A DNA stretch of 64,000 nucleotides from sequence record OL741057.1. One strand, 5' to 3'. The position numbers and the translations under genes were made by a program. Source of the DNA: Staphylococcus phage vB_Sau_P68. The notes below the pieces were generated by a model that did not search any database, was not told the origin of the DNA, and worked only from the letters and a program-made list of their open reading frames with translations. Shown here piece by piece: positions 21,994 to 31,015 of this stretch (the first letter of the stretch is position 1; every line of letters begins with the position of its first letter).

Positions 21994-22449
21994 TTAGTAA
22001 CGAAAGGAGTTTAGGAACCCTAACCAATCTTCATACATAACAGTTAAAGGATATAAGTTATAGATATCCTCAGGGTCTTGGAATTCCTTAGGAACTTCAA
22101 TACCTACTTCTTGTAATGTAGCTAACATTTGGTAAGCTCTAATTACTTGGTCTGTTTGATACATATCCATACCACCTAGGTAAGCAGAACGTAACGCAAA
22201 GATATTACCTTGCTCTCGTGCATTAGGTAATTTAATTTTAACTCTAAATTGTAAGTCTAATTCTTCAAAGTTATATTCTTTTTCCCAAGTATCATTAACA
22301 CCTTTAATAACTTTGTTAATAACTTTTTCTTTTTCTTTCCTATCTTGGTATTTTAATTCATCTATCTCTTCCGGTGTCATTTTACTAACATCTTTTTTCT
22401 CTTCTTTTGTTTCTTGTACATCTTGTTCCTTTTTAATTTCTTCAGCCAT
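21994..22449 (-). CDS. putative tail assembly chaperone (151 aa)
   Basis: Second gene upstream of the TMP. Assignment is by position. Confidence 0.45.
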   Translation of the reverse strand: MAEEIKKEQDVQETKEEKKDVSKMTPEEIDELKYQDRKEKEKVINKVIKGVNDTWEKEYNFEELDLQFRVKIKLPNAREQGNIFALRSAYLGGMDMYQTDQVIRAYQMLATLQEVGIEVPKEFQDPEDIYNLYPLTVMYEDWLGFLNSFRY

Positions 22450-22580
22450 ATTATGATATACCTTCCTTTTTTAAATATTAATAAAGCCTACGCTTATCCG
22501 ATTCAATATTAATATAACACGGACTAGTGTAGGCTTACTACTTTAAACATAGTATATCATATTTTGTTTTTAAATCAAAA

Positions 22581-22892
22581 TTACTTTAAGTATTTCTCTG
22601 TGCTTGTTAAAATTTCCTCTAAACTTTGTTTAATTTTATCACTATTTCTTAGTAAATAAATGTAGTATTCTTGTAATGAATCATAATACTCATAATCAAT
22701 AGTTAATATTTCTTGACCTTCTAAATATTTCTTAGTAATCTTACCTGCTTGTTCAGTTAATGTTTTGAATCTATCTAAAATTTGATTGATTGCAATTGCA
22801 GTTGATTTACTTGTTACATCTACCTCTTGCGGGAATTTTTGTAATTCTACTTTCATTTCTGTGTGTACTGCTCTTAATTTACTTTGTGTCAT
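22581..22892 (-). CDS. hypothetical protein (103 aa)
   Basis: ORF with RBS. Lies between the tail tube region and the chaperones. Confidence 0.5.
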   Translation of the reverse strand: MTQSKLRAVHTEMKVELQKFPQEVDVTSKSTAIAINQILDRFKTLTEQAGKITKKYLEGQEILTIDYEYYDSLQEYYIYLLRNSDKIKQSLEEILTSTEKYLK

Positions 22893-22959
22893 TTTATATC
22901 TTCTCCTTTAATTTGTTATATCTTTATTATAATTTATTATTTTTAATTTGTCAATACTT

Positions 22960-23112
22960 TTATTCTAATTCTAAAGGCATTATGTGTAAATCTATATTAT
23001 TACTACCATTTACATATTCTATAGCATCTTGTAATTCTCTAAAAGCTTTAAAATTCATATTTGTTTCTTCTTCTGTACTCCCTCTTAAATCTATTACAAT
23101 GTATATTTTCAT
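22960..23112 (-). CDS. small hypothetical protein (50 aa)
   Basis: ATG with GAAGGAGTACAA RBS (complement of 23110-23112). Not in the ORF track because it is under 60 aa. Confidence 0.3.
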   Translation of the reverse strand: MKIYIVIDLRGSTEEETNMNFKAFRELQDAIEYVNGSNNIDLHIMPLELE

Positions 23113-23127
23113 TTGTACTCCTTCTTA

Positions 23128-23322
23128 TTACATATATTTTAATGAGTAATAAACATCATTAATGATTAAACATGCTAAAAATTGAATTGATGTTATTACC
23201 ACTAATGCTTTACTCATAGCTAGTGATTCATTTGTAACTGTGCCCTTACCATTTAATATACTTAATACAATAAATATAATACTTGATAGAATAAAATAAC
23301 TATTTACTATTGTTAATCCCAT
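23128..23322 (-). CDS. small membrane protein (64 aa, 2 TM)
   Basis: Hydrophobic ORF, RBS present. Confidence 0.4.
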   Translation of the reverse strand: MGLTIVNSYFILSSIIFIVLSILNGKGTVTNESLAMSKALVVITSIQFLACLIINDVYYSLKYM

Positions 23323-23334
23323 TATAACTCCTCC

Positions 23335-23796
23335 TTATTTAATTGTCAAGCCTTTATCATAATAATCTAAATCTAATGTTTTGTGTGTATCTGTAATGCC
23401 ATTATAGTATGTAGTTATTATTTTACCATCTTCTAGGTTAATAACTAAGTACTGATAACTACTTACTCCTTCTATAGTTACAATAGTAGGACTCTTAAAA
23501 ATAATCCTTCTTTGTTTTTTACCATGAAAATCTGTAATATTAAATTCAATAACGTTAAAAGGTGCATTATTACTCTTAAATATAAATCCTACTAACTTAC
23601 TAAAATTGATTTCATTTTTAACTTTAGGTTTACAATGACTTGTTAGTTCTAAGTATTTATGTGTATCAATTGTATCTTGTAAAAGTTTAACACACTGCTT
23701 CTTTTCTTGTAAAGTCATTTGAGTATAATGCTTCTTCTTCTGTCTTGTACTGCTTGTAGTTCTTCTTTTTGACCAAAATGTACTCATATAATCCAT
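23335..23796 (-). CDS. hypothetical protein (153 aa, basic N-terminus)
   Basis: ORF with RBS AAGGAGATGG. Confidence 0.5.
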   Translation of the reverse strand: MDYMSTFWSKRRTTSSTRQKKKHYTQMTLQEKKQCVKLLQDTIDTHKYLELTSHCKPKVKNEINFSKLVGFIFKSNNAPFNVIEFNITDFHGKKQRRIIFKSPTIVTIEGVSSYQYLVINLEDGKIITTYYNGITDTHKTLDLDYYDKGLTIK

Positions 23797-23829
23797 CTCC
23801 TTATTTATTATACCTTTAGTATATCAGCT

Positions 23830-24018
23830 TTAATATTCCTTGTCAACACCTTTATGTTTATTTTTTCTAGAATATTTTGTTTTATCTTTTTTGACTTGAG
23901 TTACCGGTTTTATTTTCCATGTTGCTCTTGTATTACTCATCTTACCAATTGTTTTTCTATTTGTCAAGGATAATCCCTCCTTATTTATTATGATAGCATA
24001 ACCCTTGATATTGGTCAA
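23830..24018 (-). CDS. small basic protein (62 aa)
   Basis: ORF with RBS GGAGGGATTATCC. Start overlaps the stop of the upstream endonuclease gene. Confidence 0.4.
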   Translation of the reverse strand: MTNIKGYAIIINKEGLSLTNRKTIGKMSNTRATWKIKPVTQVKKDKTKYSRKNKHKGVDKEY

Positions 24019-24021
24019 GGG

Positions 24022-25317
24022 TTATTTATAATTTTGTATATAGTCAATATAACTTATACTTTTTAGTGTATCACTTTTTTCCTGTTCTGTAGCTTCTCTA
24101 ATATTGTACCCTTTAACAGTGTTTCTTTTACCCTTAGCACAATCTACAATGGATGCTACATCTGAACTTATTCTTTTTGTCATCATATGCAAAGGCAACT
24201 TAATATCTTCTGAACCTTTAGTTGCTACATATACTTTAATTCTTTTATCTGTTATTGTTTTAGCTACTTCTGAAAAGTCTTCATCTTCATATCTCCAAAG
24301 ATAACCACATGATTGCTTTTTACTTCCTGATACACACCCTCTAATACTTGATGAAGGTAATCCTAAATTACTAAAGTATTCTTGTGCTTCTTTTAAAGTG
24401 TCAAATCTAATTTCTTCTAGTGTCTTAATATTTAATCCTACTACAGGTTTAAATCTTTTCTTAACCCCTCTACGTTTCATTAAACCTTTAACATTACCAA
24501 CACTCATATTAAATTTATTTGCAGTTTCTTCTGAAGAGTGTTCTTTATAGAATTCTATAATCTCTTTTTCATTTTCTTTATATTTTGTAAACAGTTCTAT
24601 TCTCTCAGTATAATTTAAATTAATTTCTAAGAACGAACTTATAGTATTTAATATGTCCTTTTTGTCCTCATTAGGATAATAGATATATAGTAACTTTATG
24701 TTATTATCTTTACAGTATTTTTCTTTTAGTGAATCTAGCTCTTGTATCTTTTCTAAGGGCGTACTCCATGTTCCAGTAGCTTGTTTAATATGTTGTTGCC
24801 CCATATATTCAATAGCATATTTATTACCATTTAATTCTATATAAAAATCTAATCTTTGTGGTCTCTCTAATCCTGTGTAGATAGATTTTTCACATATAAA
24901 TTCGATACCATTTTCTTTAAGTATAGTCTGTATAATTCTCTCTCCGATACTTTTCATATGGTCTTGAGGACAATTATTATTAGTATTGTTCTCAAAACTA
25001 TTCCATATAACATCCCATTTATTCCCTTGCGGTGATAGTAGTAAACATCTCTTTGTTGATTGCAGATTTTCAGGGTAGTTTATAATACTATACCCTCTAC
25101 TTTTAGCGTAAGAAGAAAAATATTTCTTTTTACCTTCTTCTGTAAGTTGTGTTAGTCTTATTTGTTTTAAGTTATTTAAGTTATTGTAGGACACGTAACA
25201 TTCACAACCTTTAAATTTACCTTCCAAAACAACACCTAAATGTTTTGTATCTTTTGCTCTACCTCTATATTCTACGATTTTTATATTTTTTTCTTTTGCT
25301 AATTTTTCAATTTCCAT
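24022..25317 (-). CDS. free-standing homing-endonuclease-like protein (431 aa): N-terminal PD-(D/E)XK (DUF559/Vsr-like) nuclease core plus C-terminal NUMOD-like DNA-binding motifs
   Basis: Motif RLDFYIELNGNKYAIEYMGQQH matches RFDFCLFKENDIILIEYDGEHH in the ORF at 52354-53298. C-terminus has SCGYLWRY and KGYNIRE, which are NUMOD-type motifs. Own promoter TTGACA-17-TATCAT and RBS AAGAGGTG lie upstream. Confidence 0.7.
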   Translation of the reverse strand: MEIEKLAKEKNIKIVEYRGRAKDTKHLGVVLEGKFKGCECYVSYNNLNNLKQIRLTQLTEEGKKKYFSSYAKSRGYSIINYPENLQSTKRCLLLSPQGNKWDVIWNSFENNTNNNCPQDHMKSIGERIIQTILKENGIEFICEKSIYTGLERPQRLDFYIELNGNKYAIEYMGQQHIKQATGTWSTPLEKIQELDSLKEKYCKDNNIKLLYIYYPNEDKKDILNTISSFLEINLNYTERIELFTKYKENEKEIIEFYKEHSSEETANKFNMSVGNVKGLMKRRGVKKRFKPVVGLNIKTLEEIRFDTLKEAQEYFSNLGLPSSSIRGCVSGSKKQSCGYLWRYEDEDFSEVAKTITDKRIKVYVATKGSEDIKLPLHMMTKRISSDVASIVDCAKGKRNTVKGYNIREATEQEKSDTLKSISYIDYIQNYK

Positions 25318-25382
25318 ATTAAAACACCTCTTCTATTAAAGTATATACTAATGATACTATATCATTAGTCTTTTGTCAATAG

Positions 25383-25412
25383 AAAAGACCTAACTTTTAT
25401 TGTTAGGTCTAT
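25383..25412 (-). terminator. rho-independent terminator ending the sheath-tube transcription unit
   Basis: Minus-strand hairpin GACCUAAC-AAUAAAAG-UUAGGUC followed by UUUUCUAUUG. Confidence 0.5.
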
Positions 25413-25449
25413 ATTCTATAATAAATACGAACTTATGTTCTGGCTTTAT

Positions 25450-25840
25450 CTGATGCGGTCAAGTACGAAAACGATTTATTTATTTACAAACGCTACTTTG
25501 TAAACCTGTGTTATTTCACATGCACTAGCTTTCACTACGTGACTAGACTATTTGTTATCCCTAATTAGTAGGGCAAGGATTTTTCTTCTCCCAATAGCTT
25601 GGAGCTTTACTCTCATCTTATAATGAGATAGTCGTTGAACGTTCCTCTTATGATTTACTATCACTTAGAGTATTCGATGCTATACACCCATTGTACTTCT
25701 CCTTAGGATTTAACCTTAGAGTATCTCAATCATTTTTTCTACTTTCGTAACCTTCTAGTTTATTGTTTCCAATTCCTATGTGGTTGATTGAGCTTTAGAA
25801 GTTTCATAGCAGTTAACCCTTAATACTCACAGATTACTCT
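25450..25840 (-). other. candidate second group I intron of the tail tube gene (ORF-less, ~391 nt); alternatively a degenerate ribozyme remnant
   Basis: Minus-strand core elements R (GUUCAACGACUA, complement of 25629-25640) and S (AAAUAGUCU, complement of 25545-25553). Long stretch closely similar to the lysK intron core (CUAAGUGAUAGnAAAUCAUAAG...GUUCAACGACUA). Candidate P1 pairs exon GCUCAU with intron GUGAGU just after the 5' splice site. In-frame stop lies immediately after the putative 5' splice site, as in lysK. Confidence 0.45.
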
Positions 25841-25910
25841 ATGAGCAGAGTGTAAAATTCTCAATTTCCTCTGTCACTATTTCATTGGTCTGCCACGTCT
25901 CGTTATAGTT
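25839..25910 (-). CDS. tail tube protein exon 2 (NYNETWQTNEIVTEEIENFTLCS, ending in TAG unless intron 2 is spliced)
   Basis: In-frame continuation of exon 1 after removal of the 333-nt intron. The junction SAN|NYNETWQ matches the continuous tail tube sequence recalled for K-like phages. Confidence 0.7.
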   Translation of the reverse strand, partial: NYNETWQTNEIVTEEIENFTLCS

Positions 25911-26243
25911 CACTTATACCCTATCTCTCGATATATTTAAAGGGGTTAGACTGTCCCATGTCCCTTATTTATAAGGTGACTACCTATTACAGTCGTTGAA
26001 GCTTCCCACTCTCGTAGGCTTGCCTGCGGATTTCCTATTAATTGAGTACTTAGGACATTAATAATGTGTCGCTAGTTATTAATGCTTTTATCTCACCGTA
26101 TACTATCCAATTAATTTTTTCTGATTTCTCAACATTCACGCTTACTTTTTCAAGTTACGTTGTAGTTTAATTGGCTTTAAGGTGTTCCCGCAATTTCAGG
26201 TATTATTCGACTATACATTACTGTATAGAAGCAACAATTATTT
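25911..26243 (-). mobile_element. group I intron (ORF-less, 333 nt) interrupting the tail tube gene
   Basis: Canonical core on the minus strand: P AAAUUGCGGGAA (complement of 26185-26195), Q AAAUCCGCAGGCAAG (26019-26033), R UUCAACGACUGU (25990-26001), S GGGACAGUCUAACC (25944-25957). Exon 1 ends in U that pairs with intron GUUG. Intron ends in G. Its length is a multiple of 3, and an in-frame stop lies 1 codon into the intron. Confidence 0.8.
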
Positions 26244-26582
26244 ATTGGCACTACATCCGTGGTAACTAATGATAACTTGTTTAGTTAAATTATCTACTAC
26301 TAAGATATCAATGATATCTTTCTTAAGAATTTCTTCACCAAGTGAAGCATATCCTAAATCTGCAAAGTTTTCTTTTTTCATACGTAAACGTTCTACTGTA
26401 ATTGTACCTTCATAACGTAAGTATACGTGTTCTTGAGGCATGATAGAACCGATTTCGTATACACCAGTTGTACCGTATTCACGAGTACCTGATGCTGATT
26501 GTGCTCTTCCTACCGGTTTACCTTTAATCATAAGTAAGACGGTATTACCAGTATGGACGGTTTGTTTAGCTTCTGATGCCAT
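26244..26582 (-). CDS. tail tube protein exon 1 (113 codons)
   Basis: MASEAKQTVHTGNTVLLMIKGKPVGRAQSASG... lies immediately downstream of the tail sheath gene. The annotated ORF ends HGCSANK* where the intron begins. Confidence 0.8.
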
Positions 26583-26654
26583 CTGTATTCACTCTCCTAA
26601 AGTATTCAAATTATATTAATAGGAGTACCCAATCTAGGTACTCCATAACCTAGA

Positions 26655-28418
26655 TTAGGCTTGTAATGTTTGTTGCTTGTAAACCAAGCTAACAGAGATT
26701 TTCTTGAAGCTTCTGATTGGGTAAACTGTCATTGAAATTCTTGCTTTGTTACCTTCAACAATAACTTGTACGTCTTCAGCAGGGAAGTCTTGAATTTCAT
26801 TATCACGTTTCTTACGACCCAAGTAAGATTGGATAAAGTCTTTAATGATTGAAGCACTTGTATTGATAGTACGAGTACCAATGAATTGGTCTTCAAGTTG
26901 AACTTTAAGCTCACTTACTAAGAAGTCATTAGCTTCCCCAACAGCCATCTCAGCCTTAACTGGGTCTGACTTATCGTTGAATGTAGTTACGTCATCAACG
27001 ATTCTGAAGAATGTATTAGTACGGTTACGAACAAACTCGATACTAATAATACCATTTTCATTTAATTCATCTAAATCAATTGACTCGTATACTTGGTCTA
27101 ACGCACTTACACGTAATGGTTTGAAAGTGATTGATTCACCGATTTCTAAACCACTTGCAAGACCACCTAAAGCTACAGCTACCATATAAGCAGGTACGTG
27201 GTTTTTACGTCCATCATCCATAACAAAAGTACCTGAGTTAGCTACTAATGATACACGAGGATTAGATAATGATGCTTGTCTACCGAACAACTGTTCTTTA
27301 GATTCATTAAATCCTCCGCCAACAATAGCTCTCATTGGTTCTCCTGCGTCAGAACGTTCTTTAACGAAAGCAGATACCTCTGCATGAACTGATTGTTTAG
27401 ATGATAATGGGACAATGTAGTATCCGCCTTCATGTGCAAATTTCTCTAATTTATCTGCCCATGTAGCAGGTGGTTCACCGTTAGTACCGCCTTTTAACTT
27501 AGTTAATTCGAAAGGCTCAATAGTTCTAATAGGTGAAGTAGCTGTTACTGTAGCTGATTCTTCTCCTGCTTCAACCTCTACATTACTTGGTACTTCTCCT
27601 TCTGCATTAAGTTGCTCGAAAGATACAATACCATTATAAGCTGTTTGTTTTTCTAAGTCACCGAAGACTGCTTTAACGTATACAGCTTTATCTTTAATAT
27701 TTACATCTGATGCTTTATCTAATTTACTAGATTCTAAGTTTTTATCTCCGAAAGGTGATAACTTAGCTTCAAAATCAGGTAATTGATTAATGTCTGTAAT
27801 AATAGCGTTAGTATAGTCATAAGCACCGCTAGTTAAGTCATATGATTTAACTTCTTGGTCTCCGACTTTTAATACCAAACGACTTGCTTTTTGAGTTTCT
27901 TCATCATGTTCTACAGAGAAAGTTGCGTTAGCTTCTTCTCCTTTGTACTTGATTGTGAAGATATTACCGATATTATCATAAACTTCATTGAAACGGTCAT
28001 CTTGGAAAATTACTCTTAAACGTAATGAATCACTTAATGTATTCTTTTCCAATCCTACTTGAATGTTATTAGCAACATTACCGTAGATTTGAGATGTTAT
28101 TTTTAATCCGCCAGCTTCTACTGAAGCAGGTTTAGCATCCTCAGTACGCATAGCTAAAATCTTACCTGCTGTATAGTTAGGGTTAGAACCCCATGCTAAT
28201 TCAATTGCATCAAGTAATTCTCCTGAACGGAATAAACGTTTAGCTTGTGCATAGTTACGTAATTCATAAACTGTATTTGGTTCTCCGCCTTCTGCTGAAC
28301 CGATTAAGCAAAATACTTTTTCACTTGAACCTGCTGAGCCACCGATACCTGAAGTATCTACTTCAATAGATGCATGAGGGCGGGTAATAGGTCTTCTTGG
28401 GAATGGTTCTACTGCCAT
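26655..28418 (-). CDS. tail sheath protein (587 aa)
   Basis: 587 aa, as in the K-like tail sheath. Position is upstream of the tail tube gene. Confidence 0.9.
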   Translation of the reverse strand: MAVEPFPRRPITRPHASIEVDTSGIGGSAGSSEKVFCLIGSAEGGEPNTVYELRNYAQAKRLFRSGELLDAIELAWGSNPNYTAGKILAMRTEDAKPASVEAGGLKITSQIYGNVANNIQVGLEKNTLSDSLRLRVIFQDDRFNEVYDNIGNIFTIKYKGEEANATFSVEHDEETQKASRLVLKVGDQEVKSYDLTSGAYDYTNAIITDINQLPDFEAKLSPFGDKNLESSKLDKASDVNIKDKAVYVKAVFGDLEKQTAYNGIVSFEQLNAEGEVPSNVEVEAGEESATVTATSPIRTIEPFELTKLKGGTNGEPPATWADKLEKFAHEGGYYIVPLSSKQSVHAEVSAFVKERSDAGEPMRAIVGGGFNESKEQLFGRQASLSNPRVSLVANSGTFVMDDGRKNHVPAYMVAVALGGLASGLEIGESITFKPLRVSALDQVYESIDLDELNENGIISIEFVRNRTNTFFRIVDDVTTFNDKSDPVKAEMAVGEANDFLVSELKVQLEDQFIGTRTINTSASIIKDFIQSYLGRKKRDNEIQDFPAEDVQVIVEGNKARISMTVYPIRSFKKISVSLVYKQQTLQA

Positions 28419-28444
28419 ATTTAATTCTCCTTATCTGAATGTTA

Positions 28445-28660
28445 TTATATATCTAATTTCCTACCTAAGTACTTCTCTAATGAGGGTAAGAATTCTTGCT
28501 CACTAAACAAATAATGACTACCTTCCATATAAGCTTTAAATCCTGCTACTTGTGAATCCCTCATATTAAAAAGGGTTTTTGCAGTATCAAGGAATGTATC
28601 TATATGAACATAACCATTAAATTTAGGAGTGTTATTTTCAGGTGTCTTTTTTCTAGCCAT
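28445..28660 (-). CDS. small hypothetical protein (71 aa)
   Basis: ORF with RBS GGAAGTAGG. Lies between head-completion genes and the sheath. Confidence 0.4.
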   Translation of the reverse strand: MARKKTPENNTPKFNGYVHIDTFLDTAKTLFNMRDSQVAGFKAYMEGSHYLFSEQEFLPSLEKYLGRKLDI

Positions 28661-28661
28661 C

Positions 28662-29498
28662 CTACTTCCAATCCTTTCTTTCTTTAAAAGTTAGTTTATT
28701 AATATCTTGTGTAATAGTATAATCCAAGTCTAGAGAACTTGTGTACTTAATAATTGTTGGTCTCCCAAAAATCATTGAGTCACCTTCTTCTATTATTGGA
28801 GCAATATCACCAAAGGACAAATTCTGTAATTGGAATGTTTGTTGCTCTTCTATACTATCTCTCATAGATATTAAAATCATTTTTAATACAGCATCTAAAC
28901 ATCGTGCAACATCTACATTAAATGATAGACCTACAACTGTTACTTGTTCTTCAACTGTGAATCCTTTTACTAAACCTTTTGAATCATTTTTCTTTTCAGT
29001 AAAGATAATGTTAGCATTATAATTCTCATAATCTTCATTAGTTTGGTATCTAAAGGATACTTTATTACCTTCTACTTTAAGATTATCAAATTTTGCAAAT
29101 TCAATATCTTCTACTTTTATTAACTCTCCTATAGGTTTAGAAACAGTAAAAACTAACTTATCATCTTCTCTTATTGCTGTAGAAGATTCGACTAAGGTAT
29201 CTCCTGTTGCCTCAAAGTAAGATGACTGAATACTCCCTAGAGAGTTTTTTGTCTCTTGTCCTTGACCTAACTGTATCAAGTAATGAGCTTCATAGTTATT
29301 TTTAAATTTTGGGAAGTTAAATCCTACCGTTACTTCATGTTGTGCATTTTTACCACAGAAAGCTTCTTTAAAGCTCTCTCTAGTTTGATAATCAAAGTCT
29401 TTTAAAACTTCATCTATAATATAACAATTCTCTAGCACAGTGTTAAGTCTAGGCTTTATTTCTGATAATAAATATGAATCAACTGATGTTATTGCCAT
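28662..29498 (-). CDS. head-tail joining / tail completion-like structural protein (278 aa)
   Basis: ORF with RBS AAGGAGGG in the connector region between MCP and sheath. Confidence 0.5.
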   Translation of the reverse strand: MAITSVDSYLLSEIKPRLNTVLENCYIIDEVLKDFDYQTRESFKEAFCGKNAQHEVTVGFNFPKFKNNYEAHYLIQLGQGQETKNSLGSIQSSYFEATGDTLVESSTAIREDDKLVFTVSKPIGELIKVEDIEFAKFDNLKVEGNKVSFRYQTNEDYENYNANIIFTEKKNDSKGLVKGFTVEEQVTVVGLSFNVDVARCLDAVLKMILISMRDSIEEQQTFQLQNLSFGDIAPIIEEGDSMIFGRPTIIKYTSSLDLDYTITQDINKLTFKERKDWK

Positions 29499-29516
29499 TT
29501 AATACTAACCCTCCTT

Positions 29517-30137
29517 TTAATTTAAATTTTTCATCTTCCAGTTCATTAGTTGCTTAACAGTTTTTAAAGTTGTTTTAGAGAAATTATTCTCATTAACTTT
29601 ATCTCTATTAAGTATCCATGAATTAGCAGGTGATTTACTAGAAACAGTTCTAAATATAAAGTAAGAAGATTTCTTTCCTCTTTTAACTTTAGTCATGTTG
29701 TGAGTCATAGGTTCCGGTTTCATTGATGGGTGACTTACATTCTTTCTACGTCCTTCTAGATAATCAGTTATCTTAGAAGCTGAACCTGTGCCTTGATTTA
29801 CTTTTAGTTTTCTCATATCTTGATAAGTACTATTATTCATTCTACTAGTTTTAATACGGATTGGTACAGTTAAATACCATCCTCCGTCTTTACTAGTTTT
29901 CTTTTTAGATGAACGAGCAAATGCTTTTTTAAGGTCTACTACGCCTTCTTTTTCTAGCTTTTTCTCTGTTATTTGTATATAAGTAGGCATACGCTTAATA
30001 CTAGTATTCTCTACTTGCTGTGCTGTTGCTTGTAGCTTGTCAAGAACTTCTGAACGCATACCATCAATAGTTCTCTTACCTACCTGCTTATAGTTCTTAT
30101 TTTTAAATAAGTTAGGTCTCTTTCCGTGAACTGGCAT
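29517..30137 (-). CDS. structural (head-tail connector region) protein (206 aa)
   Basis: ORF translationally coupled (ATGA) in the block between MCP and sheath. Confidence 0.5.
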   Translation of the reverse strand: MPVHGKRPNLFKNKNYKQVGKRTIDGMRSEVLDKLQATAQQVENTSIKRMPTYIQITEKKLEKEGVVDLKKAFARSSKKKTSKDGGWYLTVPIRIKTSRMNNSTYQDMRKLKVNQGTGSASKITDYLEGRRKNVSHPSMKPEPMTHNMTKVKRGKKSSYFIFRTVSSKSPANSWILNRDKVNENNFSKTTLKTVKQLMNWKMKNLN

Positions 30138-31015
30138 TATTTAAATGCACCTCCGAAGAATCCACCTAAATTACTAGGGTTAGATGCTGAAGCTTTAGGG
30201 TCATCTACTTTAATTTCTAGGTCTTCTTCTATACCATCATTAACTTTATAAGGGTCTTGTAGTACAATAACATCTTCCCTTTTAAGAAGTAATTTTTGAG
30301 GTAAATTTTCAAATTTTGATTTAGGTTGATTAAACTTAGTATACTGATAACGACTTTCTTTTAGTATATCTGATACTACATATCTTAAAGTCATAAGTAT
30401 CTTTAATGTAACTGTATGGCTCTCATATTTTTCATTTAAATACAATCTGTTATTCTTAATTTCATAGTCTTCTTCGTAGACTGTACCGTCTTGAGTGGCT
30501 ATATAAGTTACTTCTTTTACATCGTAGTATAATGGTATACCTTTTCTAATTCTATCTTTATTTACAAAATAAATCATTTGTTGGGGCATTAACACTTCAG
30601 GAACAGTAAATCTATCTCTATAGGATATTCTCTTTTCTAATTGAGTTGTACCTAATGCAGTACCTGTATCTAATATCCCTATATCTAATTGGTTAGTTCC
30701 TTTCTCTTGAGACTGTATTGCCATTATAGTCTCTTTAGGAGGTAAATAAGCAATACCTTTACCATGACATCTAGGACAATCTACTCTAGGATGTCCTGTG
30801 TCAGGGTTAAGGCACGGGCAGAAATATGCTTCTTCCCATAGTACTTTTATGCCTCGGTCATTAATAAACCTAATCATATCAATAGTATCAAACTCTAGTC
30901 TAGTAGTATACTTAGGTTTATCTTGTTCATCTACTTGTGTTGTAGTAGTGTATGTTGTTGACTCATTAATAATATTAGGGTTAGAGTTGGCTCCTATCAT
31001 ATATGGTTTTTCCAT
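30137..31015 (-). CDS. structural protein (292 aa)
   Basis: ORF with RBS AAGGAGGG. Lies in the connector region. Confidence 0.5.
   Translation of the reverse strand: MEKPYMIGANSNPNIINESTTYTTTTQVDEQDKPKYTTRLEFDTIDMIRFINDRGIKVLWEEAYFCPCLNPDTGHPRVDCPRCHGKGIAYLPPKETIMAIQSQEKGTNQLDIGILDTGTALGTTQLEKRISYRDRFTVPEVLMPQQMIYFVNKDRIRKGIPLYYDVKEVTYIATQDGTVYEEDYEIKNNRLYLNEKYESHTVTLKILMTLRYVVSDILKESRYQYTKFNQPKSKFENLPQKLLLKREDVIVLQDPYKVNDGIEEDLEIKVDDPKASASNPSNLGGFFGGAFK

Noticed and set aside
21960-21996. Canonical -1 programmed frameshift (XXXYYYZ) between the tail chaperone ORFs
   Set aside because: No heptanucleotide slippery site. The downstream ORF is in the +1, not the -1, frame.
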